A stretch of 64,000 nt of DNA. Origin: Candidatus Sulfomarinibacteraceae bacterium (GTDB lineage Bacteria; Acidobacteriota; Thermoanaerobaculia; Thermoanaerobaculales; Sulfomarinibacteraceae). The stretch is from the NCBI GenBank assembly GCA_041552055.1, contig JBFELO010000001.1:23099-87098 (forward strand), read 5' to 3'. Positions within the stretch are counted from its first letter, which is position 1. Every line of letters begins with the position of its first letter. Positions 28,837 through 38,347 of this stretch are shown in pieces. The translations under genes were made by a program, and so were the position numbers. The notes beneath the pieces were generated by a model. That model searched no databases. It worked only from the letters and a program-made list of their open reading frames with translations, and was not told the origin of the DNA.

Positions 28837-28935
28837 CGTCGAGCCTCCTCAGCGAACTCTCATCATCATAGGGAATCTTACCTCCACGACGAGACCGGTG
28901 TCGGCACGCCCCTCAGCCGCGCGTCCTTGCTGGGA

Positions 28936-30039
28936 TCACGGAGTGACCCGGGCGCGCAGGGCCGTGGAAAGCGCCGCCATCAGGCTGTCGAACGACTCGG
29001 CAAAGGCAGCCACGCCGTCCACCTGCAGCTGCCTCGTGATCGTTTCGAGGTCGATTCCCGCGGCTGCCAGTCGGTCCAGAATCCCGTCGGCGCTCGCCAT
29101 GCCATCGATCAGCGCCGACCGGGGACGACCGTGGTCTCGGAAGGCCTCCAACGTGGCCATTGGCAGCGTGTTGACGGTGTCCGGTCCGACCAACTCCTCG
29201 ACGTACTTGACGTCCGAGTACGCGGGATTCTTGGTGCTGGTCGAGGCCCACAACGGTCGCTGGACCCTCGCACCACGTCCCGCCAGGGCCTTGAACTCCT
29301 CGCCGGAAAAGGTCTCGCCAAACCGACGATAGGCGAGCTGGGCGTTGGCCGTGGCCGCGGTGCCACGCAGTTCGAGCGCGTCCTGGGTCCCGATCTCCTC
29401 CAGCCTCGAGTCCACCTTGGAATCCACCCTGCTGACGAAGAACGACGCCACCGACGCCACCCGAGCGGGCTCTGCGCAGCGCGCCAACCCGGCCAGGTAG
29501 GCCCCGGCCACCGCCTCGTAGTCGGCGAGCGAGAACATCAGGGTGGCGTTGATGTTGATCCCGGCCCCGATCAACTCCTCGATTGCCGGAATTCCGGGCG
29601 CGGTCGCCGGTACCTTGATCATGAGATTGGCCCGGTCCACGGCGCGCCACAGCCGCCTCGCCTCCGCCACGGTCCCCTCGGTGTCGTGGGCGAGATGGGG
29701 CGACACCTCGAGGCTCACGAAGCCGTCGCCTCCCTCCGACACGTCGTACACCGATCTCAGGACGTCGGCGGCACGCCGGATATCCTCGATCGCGAGGGCC
29801 TCGTACAGCTCGTCAGTGGTAATCTCCGGCCGCTTGGACAACAGTGCATCGATCTGCCCATCGTAGGCGCCGCTCGAGGTGATCGCAGCGCAGAAGATCG
29901 ACGGGTTCGAGGTGACCCCCCGCACACCGTCCTCGGCCACCAGGCGGGCGAGTCCGTCTCCCATCACCAGGTCGCGCTCGATGAAGTCGAGCCACACCGC
30001 CTGCCGGTGCTCCTCCCACAACTGCCGCAGTGGATTCAT
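28936..30039 (-). CDS. tal: transaldolase (long form)
   Basis: LWEEHRQAVWLDFIERDL...GVTSNPSIF...INATLMFS..Y... Confidence 0.85.
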   Translation of the reverse strand: MNPLRQLWEEHRQAVWLDFIERDLVMGDGLARLVAEDGVRGVTSNPSIFCAAITSSGAYDGQIDALLSKRPEITTDELYEALAIEDIRRAADVLRSVYDVSEGGDGFVSLEVSPHLAHDTEGTVAEARRLWRAVDRANLMIKVPATAPGIPAIEELIGAGININATLMFSLADYEAVAGAYLAGLARCAEPARVASVASFFVSRVDSKVDSRLEEIGTQDALELRGTAATANAQLAYRRFGETFSGEEFKALAGRGARVQRPLWASTSTKNPAYSDVKYVEELVGPDTVNTLPMATLEAFRDHGRPRSALIDGMASADGILDRLAAAGIDLETITRQLQVDGVAAFAESFDSLMAALSTALRARVTP

Positions 30040-30063
30040 CTCACCTCCCCATCAACCCGCAGT

Positions 30064-30103
30064 GTCTCCGTCCCCGCATCCGCGTCCGCGTCCGCGTCCG
30101 AAC
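30064..30103. repeat. hexamer-repeat arm (GTCTCC GTCCCC GCATCC GCGTCC GCGTCC GCGTCC GAAC), partial family A-like copy
   Basis: Read directly. Lies in the tkt-tal spacer. No clear right arm. Confidence 0.6.
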
Positions 30104-30131
30104 ACACCGCACACGAGATTCGCGTCCAACC

Positions 30132-32141
30132 TCAACAACCTCCGAGCAGTCGCTCCGCCCGTTCGACCACGGTGCGCACCGTCAGGCCGAGATTCTCGGC
30201 GACCACCTTGCCCGGCGCCGAGGCACCGAACCGGTCGATCCCGACGATGTCTCCCCCCTCACCCACCCAGCGACGCCAACCGAGGGTCACGCCCGCCTCC
30301 ACCGCCAACCGCGGGACCCCCTCCGCGAGCAGGTTCGCACGGTAGCCCTCCGGCTGGGCCTCGAGCAACTCCCACGACGGCATCGAGACCACCCGCACCG
30401 CATGACCGGCGTCGGCGAGCGCACGGCCCGCCTCGACCGCCAGCGCCACCTCCGCACCGGTGGCGATCAGCACGAGGTCCGGGTCGCCGGCGGGCTCCAG
30501 CAGCGGGTATCCCCCTCGAGCCACGCCCTCGGCCGCACCACCGCACGTCTCCTCGAGCACCGGCAGCCCCTGGCGGCTGAGCAACAGCGCGGTTGGACCT
30601 TCGGTTCGCTCCAGCGCCACCCGCCACGCCTCCGCGGTCTCGTTGGCGTCGGCCGGTCGCAGCACCACCAGGTTGGGAATCACCCGCAGTGCCGCGAGGT
30701 GCTCGACCGGTTGGTGGGTCGGGCCGTCCTCGCCGACCCAGATGGAGTCATGCGTAAAGACGTAGATCACCGGCTGATCCATCAGCGCGGCGAGCCGGAT
30801 CGAGGGGCGCATGTAGTCCGAGAACACGAGGAAGGTCGAGCCGAACGGCCGGACGCCGCCGTGCAGGCTGAGGCCGTTGAGCACCGCCGCCATTCCGTGT
30901 TCGCGGATGCCGAAGCGCAGGTTCCGCTCCCCGAGAGCCTCGGCCGTCAGGTCGGAACTGGAGGCGATCAAGGTCTTGGTCGACGGCGCGAGGTCGGCGG
31001 ACCCGCCGATCAATTCGACAAAATCGTCGGCGATCGCGTTCAGGACCTTGCCGGAGGCCACCCGCGTCGCCACCCCCTTGGGGTCGGCGGCAAACCGCGG
31101 CAGTCTCTCGTGCCAGCCGTCCGGCGGACGCCGTTCCCACCGCCGTGCCCACTCCCGCGCCAGCTCCGGCTCCCGTTCCCGCCAGCTCCCGAACGTATCG
31201 TCCCAGTCGGCCTCGAAGGCACCCCCCCGCTCGCGCTGCCCACAGCGCTCGCGCACCGCCGACGGCACCCTGAAGTGCTCGTCCGGCGGCCAGCCGTACC
31301 GCTCCTTGGTGGCCCGCACCTCCTCCTCCCCGAGCGGCGCGCCGTGGGCGTCGGCACTGTCCTGTTTGGCCGGGGAGCCCCACGCGATGTGCGACCGCGC
31401 TGCGATCAACGTCGGCCGGTCGCTCGCCTGGTTCGTCTCGTCCAGGGCGTTGGCGAGTACGGCGAGGTCGTTCACGTCCTCCACGCGGAGCACCCGCCAG
31501 CCATAGGCCGCGAACCGCTTGGCCACGTCCTCGGAGATACTCAGATCGGTGGAGCCCTCGATCGTAATCCGGTTGTCGTCCCAGATCCACGCCAGCTTGC
31601 CGAGCCGCAGGTGCCCCGCGAGCGAGGCCGCCTCGCCGGCGACCCCCTCCATCAGATCTCCGTCGGAGCACAGCGCCCACGTGCGGTGGCTCACCACCGC
31701 GAGGTCGCCGCGGTTGAACCGCGAAGCGAGGTGGGCCTCGGCGAGGGCCATCCCAACCGACGCCGCACAGCCCTGGCCGAGCGGACCGGTGGTGACCTCG
31801 ACGCCCGGCGCGAGCCCCCACTCCGGATGGCCGGCGGTCTTCGATCCCCACTGCCGGAACTGCTTCAAGTCTTCGAGCGTGAGATCGTAGCCCGTCAGGT
31901 GGAGGATCGAGTACAGCAGCATGGAGGCGTGACCGCACGACAGCACGAAACGATCCCGGTCCGGCCACGACGGGTTGATCGGGTTGTGTTTGAGGATTCG
32001 GGTGTACAGCAGATAGACGACCGGGGCCAACGCCATCGGGGCGCCGGGGTGGCCCGACCTCGCCCGCTGCACCGCGTCGATCGACAGCGTGCGAATGGTG
32101 TTCACGGAGAGCTGATCGATGTCGTCGAAGGTCCGGTCCAA
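30132..32141 (-). CDS. tkt: transketolase
   Basis: SGHPGAPMALAPV, the GDG..MEG ThDP motif (SDGDLMEGV), and HDSIWVGEDGPTHQPVEHL. Confidence 0.95.
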   Translation of the reverse strand: MDRTFDDIDQLSVNTIRTLSIDAVQRARSGHPGAPMALAPVVYLLYTRILKHNPINPSWPDRDRFVLSCGHASMLLYSILHLTGYDLTLEDLKQFRQWGSKTAGHPEWGLAPGVEVTTGPLGQGCAASVGMALAEAHLASRFNRGDLAVVSHRTWALCSDGDLMEGVAGEAASLAGHLRLGKLAWIWDDNRITIEGSTDLSISEDVAKRFAAYGWRVLRVEDVNDLAVLANALDETNQASDRPTLIAARSHIAWGSPAKQDSADAHGAPLGEEEVRATKERYGWPPDEHFRVPSAVRERCGQRERGGAFEADWDDTFGSWREREPELAREWARRWERRPPDGWHERLPRFAADPKGVATRVASGKVLNAIADDFVELIGGSADLAPSTKTLIASSSDLTAEALGERNLRFGIREHGMAAVLNGLSLHGGVRPFGSTFLVFSDYMRPSIRLAALMDQPVIYVFTHDSIWVGEDGPTHQPVEHLAALRVIPNLVVLRPADANETAEAWRVALERTEGPTALLLSRQGLPVLEETCGGAAEGVARGGYPLLEPAGDPDLVLIATGAEVALAVEAGRALADAGHAVRVVSMPSWELLEAQPEGYRANLLAEGVPRLAVEAGVTLGWRRWVGEGGDIVGIDRFGASAPGKVVAENLGLTVRTVVERAERLLGGC

Positions 32142-32309
32142 GGATCCCTCCAGGGCGGCGAGGTGGCGCTAGCCTAGCACGGCGGCACGAGCGTCAAAGG
32201 GCCGCAGAGTCAACGGCAAGAGAGCGGGACGGCGCTGCCCAGACACATCGGCGCCTGACCTCGGGGCTGCTCGACTCTTTGGCTCTTGGAGTCTTCGCCA
32301 GTTCGACTG

Positions 32310-32894
32310 TTATCGTCGTCGCAGCTCGTACAGCACCTGCTTGGCGACCGCCTTGAGGGTCTCGAACACCCCCATTCCCTGGATGGCCACCGCCTCGAAG
32401 GTGGGCTCGCCCTTGAAGTTCAGGATCCGATACATGTTGTCGACCGGCACCGCTGTCGGCAGGTCGCGCTTGTTGAACTGGAGCACGTACGGGATCGTCT
32501 TGAGATCGAAGCCGTTGTCCCGCAGGTTGTCCTCCAGGTTACGGAGGGACTCCACGTTGGCGTCCATGCGCGCCTCCTGGGAGTCCGCCACGAAGACCAC
32601 ACCGTCGACGCCTTTGAGGATCAGCTTGCGGCTCGCGTCGTAGAACACCTGACCGGGTACGGTGTAGAGGTGAAACCTGGTCTTGAATCCCCGGACCGAG
32701 CCGAGGTCGAGGGGCAGGAAGTCGAAGAACAGCGTCCGGTCGGTCTCCGTCGCCAGCGAGATCAGCTTCCCCTTCTGCTGCGGATTCGAGCGCTCGTAGA
32801 TGTACTGCAGATTGGTCGTCTTGCCCCCGAGGCCGGGTCCGTAGAAGACGATCTTGACGTTGATCTCGCGGGCGGCGTAGTTGATGAAGCTCAT
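32310..32894 (-). CDS. mglA: Ras-like polarity GTPase MglA
   Basis: [33 protein letters not shown]... is near-identical in pattern to Myxococcus MglA as I recall it, including the PGLGGKTT P-loop and TVPGQV switch II. Confidence 0.9.
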   Translation of the reverse strand: MSFINYAAREINVKIVFYGPGLGGKTTNLQYIYERSNPQQKGKLISLATETDRTLFFDFLPLDLGSVRGFKTRFHLYTVPGQVFYDASRKLILKGVDGVVFVADSQEARMDANVESLRNLEDNLRDNGFDLKTIPYVLQFNKRDLPTAVPVDNMYRILNFKGEPTFEAVAIQGMGVFETLKAVAKQVLYELRRR

Positions 32895-33415
32895 TCGGAA
32901 AACAGGGCGTCGATGTCTTCGTCGGTGATCTCGGCGAACGGCGATGCGGCCTCGACCGCTCCGGCCCGCTGGGCCTTGACCTCCATCTCGTTGAGAATCT
33001 CTTCAATCCCGGTCGACACCTTGCGCACCCGGAGACGCACCAGCCCGAGCGAGGAGCGCTCGTCGAATATCACGACCAGGATCAACCGCTGTCCGACGAT
33101 GGAGATGTGGATGTTGTCCTTGCGGCCCTCGTGGAACAGGATCGAGAACTCTTTCTCGCCGATCAGCTTGGCGAGGCCGTCGGTGGCCGCCACGTTGCCG
33201 GCGGTGAGCGAGGCCAGCGATGTGGTGTCAACCAGATCAATCTCGCCGGCGCCGGCGATCTGCTGGCCATTTTTATCCACTAAGAAGACAATCTTCGCGT
33301 TGGCATCGCTGCGGAGACGGTTGAGGAGCTGCGAGATGCGCTCGAATTCTTCTTGATACATCACCAGGCTCGAGTTCACGGCTGAAAAGCCCCCCGTAAA
33401 TTCAATTTTTACCAC
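32891..33415 (-). CDS. mglB: MglB, Roadblock/LC7-type GAP of MglA
   Basis: LVMYQEEF....[15 protein letters not shown]...[25 protein letters not shown]...FHEG...[17 protein letters not shown] parallels M. xanthus MglB. ATGA overlap with mglA. The start is uncertain: 33415, GTG at 33379 or ATG at 33361. Confidence 0.85.
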   Translation of the reverse strand: MVKIEFTGGFSAVNSSLVMYQEEFERISQLLNRLRSDANAKIVFLVDKNGQQIAGAGEIDLVDTTSLASLTAGNVAATDGLAKLIGEKEFSILFHEGRKDNIHISIVGQRLILVVIFDERSSLGLVRLRVRKVSTGIEEILNEMEVKAQRAGAVEAASPFAEITDEDIDALFSE

Positions 33416-33486
33416 ACTTGTCTCACCCAGGCAAGACGCCGCCGGGGTTGTCGGCGAGCCCCGTCACAGCGCTCGCGACGTGCCCG

Positions 33487-34086
33487 TCACACCCTGCGTC
33501 GGAGCAGGAGCGCCTGGGCCAACGTCAGCTGATCGACCGCTGCCAGCTCCCCCCCCACGGGAATCCCCGACGCCGGTCGACTGACCTCTACCCCCAGCGG
33601 CCGCAGCCGCCGCATGAGGTAGAGCGCCGTGGTCTCCCCCTCGACCGTCGGATCGGTGGCAACGATCACCTCCTTCACCTCGCCGCCCCGGCAGCGCTGC
33701 TCGAGCCGATCGATAGTGAGATCCTCCGGGCCGACGCCGTGCAGCGGCGACAGATGACCCAAGAGCGCGTGGTAGAGACCGCGGTACTCGCGGGTCGCCT
33801 CCACCGACCAGGCGGTGGTGGGATCCTCCACGACCAGCAATAGGCTGCGGTCGCGGCCCGGATCCGAACACACCGGACACGGGTCGTCCTCGGTCAACAG
33901 CGAGCAGAGGGAGCACAGGCGGACTTCGTTCCGCAGGCTCGTCAACGCCTCCGCCAGTCCGTGCACCTCCGAGGGGTCCACGGTCAGCAGGTGCTCCACG
34001 AGCACGCGTGCGGTACGAGGACCGACGCCGGGCAGGCGCTCGAGGTGACTGATCAGCGCACGCACCGAGGTTGGCCTCAGCTCCAT
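33487..34086 (-). CDS. recR: recombination protein RecR
   Basis: LPGVGPRTA HhH motif, a C4 zinc motif (CSLCSLL....CPVC), and a Toprim domain. Confidence 0.9.
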   Translation of the reverse strand: MELRPTSVRALISHLERLPGVGPRTARVLVEHLLTVDPSEVHGLAEALTSLRNEVRLCSLCSLLTEDDPCPVCSDPGRDRSLLLVVEDPTTAWSVEATREYRGLYHALLGHLSPLHGVGPEDLTIDRLEQRCRGGEVKEVIVATDPTVEGETTALYLMRRLRPLGVEVSRPASGIPVGGELAAVDQLTLAQALLLRRRV

Positions 34087-35654
34087 CAGTCGGCTCCACG
34101 GTCGTCGCGCACCGCCACGACCTCACCGCCCAGCACGCGCAGCGCCAGCTGCAGCTGGGGGTCATCGCCGGCTTCACCCTCGAGGTCGGTGCCGGACCCG
34201 CCCTCGGCCTCCGGGCCGGCGACCTCGATGGACACGTCGTGTGACGGGCTGAAGATCGTTCGACAGGCAGCCGTGATCGCCTCCCACGCCTCCGTGCGAA
34301 CGTACTGTGCGAGCGGCTCGGCGTCGTGGCCGAAGCGCAGAATGACGGTCGAAGCGTCGACCGTCACCCGGGCACTCTCCACCGCGCTCGCGAGGCGCGG
34401 CTGATCGCGCCACAGCGCGCGGGTGAGCCGATCGCCCGGAGCCGATCCCTGCTCGCCGGCGGCACCACCACCCCTGTCGGGCGGCGCCTGCGCCGACCCG
34501 GGCGAGGGGGTCGAGGTCTCCGGCGGCCTCACCGGCGCGTCCCCCGCCAGCAGCCGCTCCACCCGCTGAACCGTCGGCCAGCGCGTGAGGCGAAGCGCCG
34601 CCACTTCGACCGCCAGCTCGCGGTTGCTGGACTCGCGCATCAGCGACTCCTGCTCGAGCCAGAGGCCCAACATGCGGCCGAGCGCGTCGGCGCCGAGCCG
34701 CTCGGCGAGCGGGCGTACGACCGCGCGTTGGTCATCGGTGAGCGTGGTCTCCAGCTCGACGTCGATGGCGAGGTGGACCAGGGTGCGCAACACCCGACCG
34801 GTCTCCTGGTAGAGCACGGTCGCGTCGTGGCCCTCACGCAGCTCGTTGCGCAGGATCTCGAGTCCACGGGCGGCGTCCCCACCCGCGAGCGCCTCCACCA
34901 GGCCGACCATGACCTCGAAGCGGGGAACCCCGAGCACCGTGGCCACAGCCAGGTCGTCGATCTCATCCCCGGAGAACGCGCGCAGCTGATCGAGCAGAGA
35001 CAGCGCGTCACGCACGCTGCCCTCGGCGGTGCGCGCGATGACCTCGGCCGCTCCGGAGCTGATTACGAAGTCCTCCTGCTCGGCGATTCCGACGAGATGT
35101 TGGCGAATCTGCTCCGAACCCACCGGTCGAAACTCGAGCTGCTGACAGCGTGACAGGATGGTCGCCGGCACCTTGTGACGTTCTGTGGTGGCGAGCACGA
35201 ACAGGATGTGCGGCGGTGGCTCCTCGAGGCTCTTGAGCAGCGCGTTGAACGCCTCGCGCGTCAGCATGTGCACCTCATCCACGATGATCACCCGGTACCG
35301 GTCCCGCGACGGCCGGTACCGGAGCAGCTCGCGCAGCTCACGGACGTCGTCGATACCCCGGTTCGAGGCCCCGTCGAGCTCGACCATGTCGAGGCTTGAT
35401 CCGGCCGCGATCTCGTGGCACGACACGCACTCGTCGCAGGGGTCGGCGGTCGGCCCCTGGACGCAGTTCACCGCCTTGGCCAGCAGGCGCGCGACCGTGG
35501 TCTTGCCGACGCCCCGCAGACCCGAGAACAGGTAGGCGTGACCGACGGTGCCGCCCTCCAGGGCGTTTCGCAGCGTTTGCACCACGGCCTCCTGCCCGAG
35601 CAGGTCGTCGAACCGCTGCGGCCGCCAGGTGCGGGCCAGGACCTGATAGGTCAT
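34086..35654 (-). CDS. dnaX: DNA polymerase III subunit gamma/tau
   Basis: YQVLARTWRPQRFDDLLGQE, the Walker A GLRGVGKTTVARLLAK, the Zn module C..C..C and SRCQ. The stop shares 1 nt with the recR ATG. Confidence 0.9.
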   Translation of the reverse strand: MTYQVLARTWRPQRFDDLLGQEAVVQTLRNALEGGTVGHAYLFSGLRGVGKTTVARLLAKAVNCVQGPTADPCDECVSCHEIAAGSSLDMVELDGASNRGIDDVRELRELLRYRPSRDRYRVIIVDEVHMLTREAFNALLKSLEEPPPHILFVLATTERHKVPATILSRCQQLEFRPVGSEQIRQHLVGIAEQEDFVISSGAAEVIARTAEGSVRDALSLLDQLRAFSGDEIDDLAVATVLGVPRFEVMVGLVEALAGGDAARGLEILRNELREGHDATVLYQETGRVLRTLVHLAIDVELETTLTDDQRAVVRPLAERLGADALGRMLGLWLEQESLMRESSNRELAVEVAALRLTRWPTVQRVERLLAGDAPVRPPETSTPSPGSAQAPPDRGGGAAGEQGSAPGDRLTRALWRDQPRLASAVESARVTVDASTVILRFGHDAEPLAQYVRTEAWEAITAACRTIFSPSHDVSIEVAGPEAEGGSGTDLEGEAGDDPQLQLALRVLGGEVVAVRDDRGAD

Positions 35655-35692
35655 CTGTGCATCTTAACCCGCACCTCTCCATGGGTGACCAT

Positions 35693-35775
35693 CCGTCTCC
35701 GTTTTCGTCTCCGTCTCCGTAGCCGAACTCTGACTCGATCTCGTGAGGCGATGCGGGCACGGAGACATATACCGA
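35693..35775. repeat. CCGTCT-hexamer hairpin element (family A)
   Basis: Reads ccgtctccgttttcgtctccgtctccgtagccgaa ... gcgggcacggagacatataccg. Confidence 0.85.
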
Positions 35776-35863
35776 CACTCTTCCCTCGTCACGTGAGCAG
35801 GCCGGGTCCGGGCTCGTGCCGACCCCATCCGTCCCGCGAAATTCCTGCTACCCTTTTCCGGTG

Positions 35864-37030
35864 ATGACCTCTGCCCGAATCCGACACCGGCTGCGGCCGC
35901 TCGGCATCGCAGCCCTGGTGTGGCTCGCCGTCGCGACCCGCGCGACGGCGCTCGCCCCGAGCACCGAGCTCCTGGTGCCCGCCGCCGCCCGCACCGGACC
36001 CTGGATCACCGACCTCTACCTGCTCAACCTCGGCGAGAACGCCAACGAGGTCACCGTCGAGTGGCTGGTGCGCGGCCAACCGAACCCCGAGCCGACGGCG
36101 ATCACGCTGTCTCTGTCCGGCAACGAGTCCCGGGTTCTCGAGGACGTCATCCGAACCGGTTTCGGCCTCGACCGAGGCCGCGGCGCGTTCCGGATCTCGT
36201 CCTCGGCCGACGTCGTGGCGACGTGCCGGATCTACGCCACCGAGGATGACGGCACCTACGGGCAGGGCTTCGAGGCCGTCCCGACCGACGCCGCGACCGT
36301 GGCCGGCACCTCCACTCACGTGCTCGGCCTGAGCTTCTCCGACGACTTCCGCGCCAATGTGTACGCTGTGGCCGGCGTCGACGGCGCCGCTGTCCGGCTG
36401 CAGCTGATCGACCCGGCCGGGTCGCCACTCGCCGAGGCCGACCTCGTGCTCGGCGCGTTCGAGCCATACCTCGAGCCGCTGACGACGGTGTTTCCCATCG
36501 CAGCCGTCGAACGGGCCACCCTGCTGGTCCACGTCTCTGGGGGCAGCGTCGTGGTGGGAGCATCGAAGATCGACAACCTCTCCTCCGATCCGACAACCCT
36601 GACCAGCTGGATTCCGGGCGCCGGCGATCCGCTGGCGGCCGGCAGCTATTTCGGAGTCGTGGCTGCGACAGACACCGCCGCGAACGGTGGCTTGACGCTG
36701 CTCCTCGACGGCGACGCCAACGTGGTCGGAATCGAGTTCTCCTACCCCGCCGAATCGTGCTCCGCATTGCTCACCGCCGGCCAAGATCTGTCCGAGGAGC
36801 CGCTGTCGCTGGCCGAGCTGGCCGCGGGATACACCTTCGTCACGTCCTACCCGGGGGGAGGCACGATGGAGTGGTCGCTCCAGCTCGAGCTGCAGACGGC
36901 CGGGACCACCCTTGCCGGCTCGCTGGCCGCGACCGGCTCGAGCTGGGGCGGCGAGTTCGAGACCTGTAACGGTGACCAAGGCCCGCTCGCGGTCGCGCTC
37001 GGCTCCAGGCAGTCCTCGGCGCGGGAATGA
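35864..37030 (+). CDS. secreted protein of unknown function, paralog 1 of a tandem pair
   Basis: ATG at 35864 and a signal peptide (..LAVATRATALA). Shares long colinear motifs with the next gene: LVPAA.R..PW.TDLY..N.G, GAFR, RIY, GQGFE.VP, FR.NVYA.AG.DGA, EPYL, GASK.D..S.DPTTL, MEW and CNGD. Confidence 0.7.
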   Translation: MTSARIRHRLRPLGIAALVWLAVATRATALAPSTELLVPAAARTGPWITDLYLLNLGENANEVTVEWLVRGQPNPEPTAITLSLSGNESRVLEDVIRTGFGLDRGRGAFRISSSADVVATCRIYATEDDGTYGQGFEAVPTDAATVAGTSTHVLGLSFSDDFRANVYAVAGVDGAAVRLQLIDPAGSPLAEADLVLGAFEPYLEPLTTVFPIAAVERATLLVHVSGGSVVVGASKIDNLSSDPTTLTSWIPGAGDPLAAGSYFGVVAATDTAANGGLTLLLDGDANVVGIEFSYPAESCSALLTAGQDLSEEPLSLAELAAGYTFVTSYPGGGTMEWSLQLELQTAGTTLAGSLAATGSSWGGEFETCNGDQGPLAVALGSRQSSARE

Positions 37031-37166
37031 ACACGCCGGCGGCAACCTTGTCCGTGACGCGAGCGTACTTCGTGGGACTGCTGCGACCTCAGTCACCCCG
37101 AGTTTGCGCCGCGACGTGCTACGTTCTTCGCCGACAAAAATCGCTATACGAGTGAGGAGGACCCCC

Positions 37167-38330
37167 ATGCGACGTTTCATCTCGATCGCCACCGCCCTGA
37201 TCATTCTGGCCTCGGTGCCGGCGCTCGCCCTCAACTCCGGCACCGATATCCTGGTTCCGGCGGCCGGCCGGGGCGACCCCTGGCGGACCGATCTGTACGT
37301 GATGAATCCGGGGTCCGCGACGGTCGCGGTCACCGTGTCGTGGCTGGTGCGCGACCGGGCCAACCCGAGCCCGGCCTCGTTCACCTTCAGCGTGGGACCC
37401 GGCCAAACCGAGATCTTCGAAGACATCATCCTCGAGGAGTTCGGCTTCGCCAGCGGCGGCAACGCCAACGGAGCGTTCCGGGTAGTCGCCGACGGCGACG
37501 TCGTCGTCAATACGCGGATCTACTCCGACGACGGTAGCCAGACCTTCGGTCAGGGCTTCGAGGGCGTCCCCACATGGGCGGCGACCGGCGCCGGCCAATC
37601 GACGGAGGTGGTCGGCCTCACCCAGGGTTTCGGATTCCGCACCAACGTTTACGCGACCGCCGGGCCCGACGGTGCTTCGATCGACTTCACCCTGGTCGCA
37701 CCCGGGGGCAGCACGATCGCCTCGGCCACCCTCGGCCTGGACAGCTACGAGCCTTACCTGCAGCGCATCACCCGACTGTTCTCCGGGCTCGCCGACTTCG
37801 ACAACGCCAGCCTGCGCGCCGAGGTCACAGCCGGCCTGGCGGTGATCGGCGCCTCGAAGGTGGACGACGCCTCGACCGATCCCACGACCCTCGAGTCGGC
37901 GGCCTCTGGCGGCACCACCGGTTCGGTGGACGGCAGCTACCAGTTCGTGCTCTACGAAGAGAGTACCTTCCCGGGCGGCGGCGGCGGCACCCTGGCGATC
38001 ACCGACGGGTGGGTCACCTTCATCAACGGCAGTTACTTCAACTTCGACAACGACGACGACGGCGACGGCGAGCCCGACTGCCTGTGGGTCTTCCCCTGGG
38101 GCCAGGACTTCGACACCGCACCGGTGGAGGACTTCGCCGACGGCTACACCTACCAGGACACGTTCTCGGACACTCCCGGTGTCATGGAGTGGACCGTGCA
38201 GTTCACCGTCGACAACAACATGGCGCTCGAGGGCACCATGACCGCGGTCGGTTCGGGATTCGCGGCGCCCGACACCGCCTGCAACGGCGACTTCCCGCCG
38301 CTCGACTTCAGGGCGGGCAAGGCGAACTGA
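37167..38330 (+). CDS. secreted protein of unknown function, paralog 2 of a tandem pair
   Basis: GAGGAGG sits 7 nt upstream of the ATG at 37167. Has a Sec signal MRRFISIATALIILASVPALA. Colinear with paralog 1 over its full length, and two Cys are conserved between the pair. Confidence 0.75.
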   Translation: MRRFISIATALIILASVPALALNSGTDILVPAAGRGDPWRTDLYVMNPGSATVAVTVSWLVRDRANPSPASFTFSVGPGQTEIFEDIILEEFGFASGGNANGAFRVVADGDVVVNTRIYSDDGSQTFGQGFEGVPTWAATGAGQSTEVVGLTQGFGFRTNVYATAGPDGASIDFTLVAPGGSTIASATLGLDSYEPYLQRITRLFSGLADFDNASLRAEVTAGLAVIGASKVDDASTDPTTLESAASGGTTGSVDGSYQFVLYEESTFPGGGGGTLAITDGWVTFINGSYFNFDNDDDGDGEPDCLWVFPWGQDFDTAPVEDFADGYTYQDTFSDTPGVMEWTVQFTVDNNMALEGTMTAVGSGFAAPDTACNGDFPPLDFRAGKAN

Positions 38331-38347
38331 CGACGACGCCTCCTGTG

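Noticed and set aside
28837-28935. Possible glmS ribozyme or riboswitch upstream of glmS.
   Set aside because: The spacer is only about 100 nt, it lacks the conserved glmS ribozyme core as far as I can recognise, and it ends in an ordinary GAGGAGG Shine-Dalgarno. I cannot run a covariance model, so this is a by-eye rejection only.
34086-35654. Programmed frameshift or transcriptional slippage site in dnaX (an A-rich slippery run as in E. coli or Thermus).
   Set aside because: I found no A/T homopolymer or A AAA AAG-like heptamer anywhere in the gene when reading the sequence.
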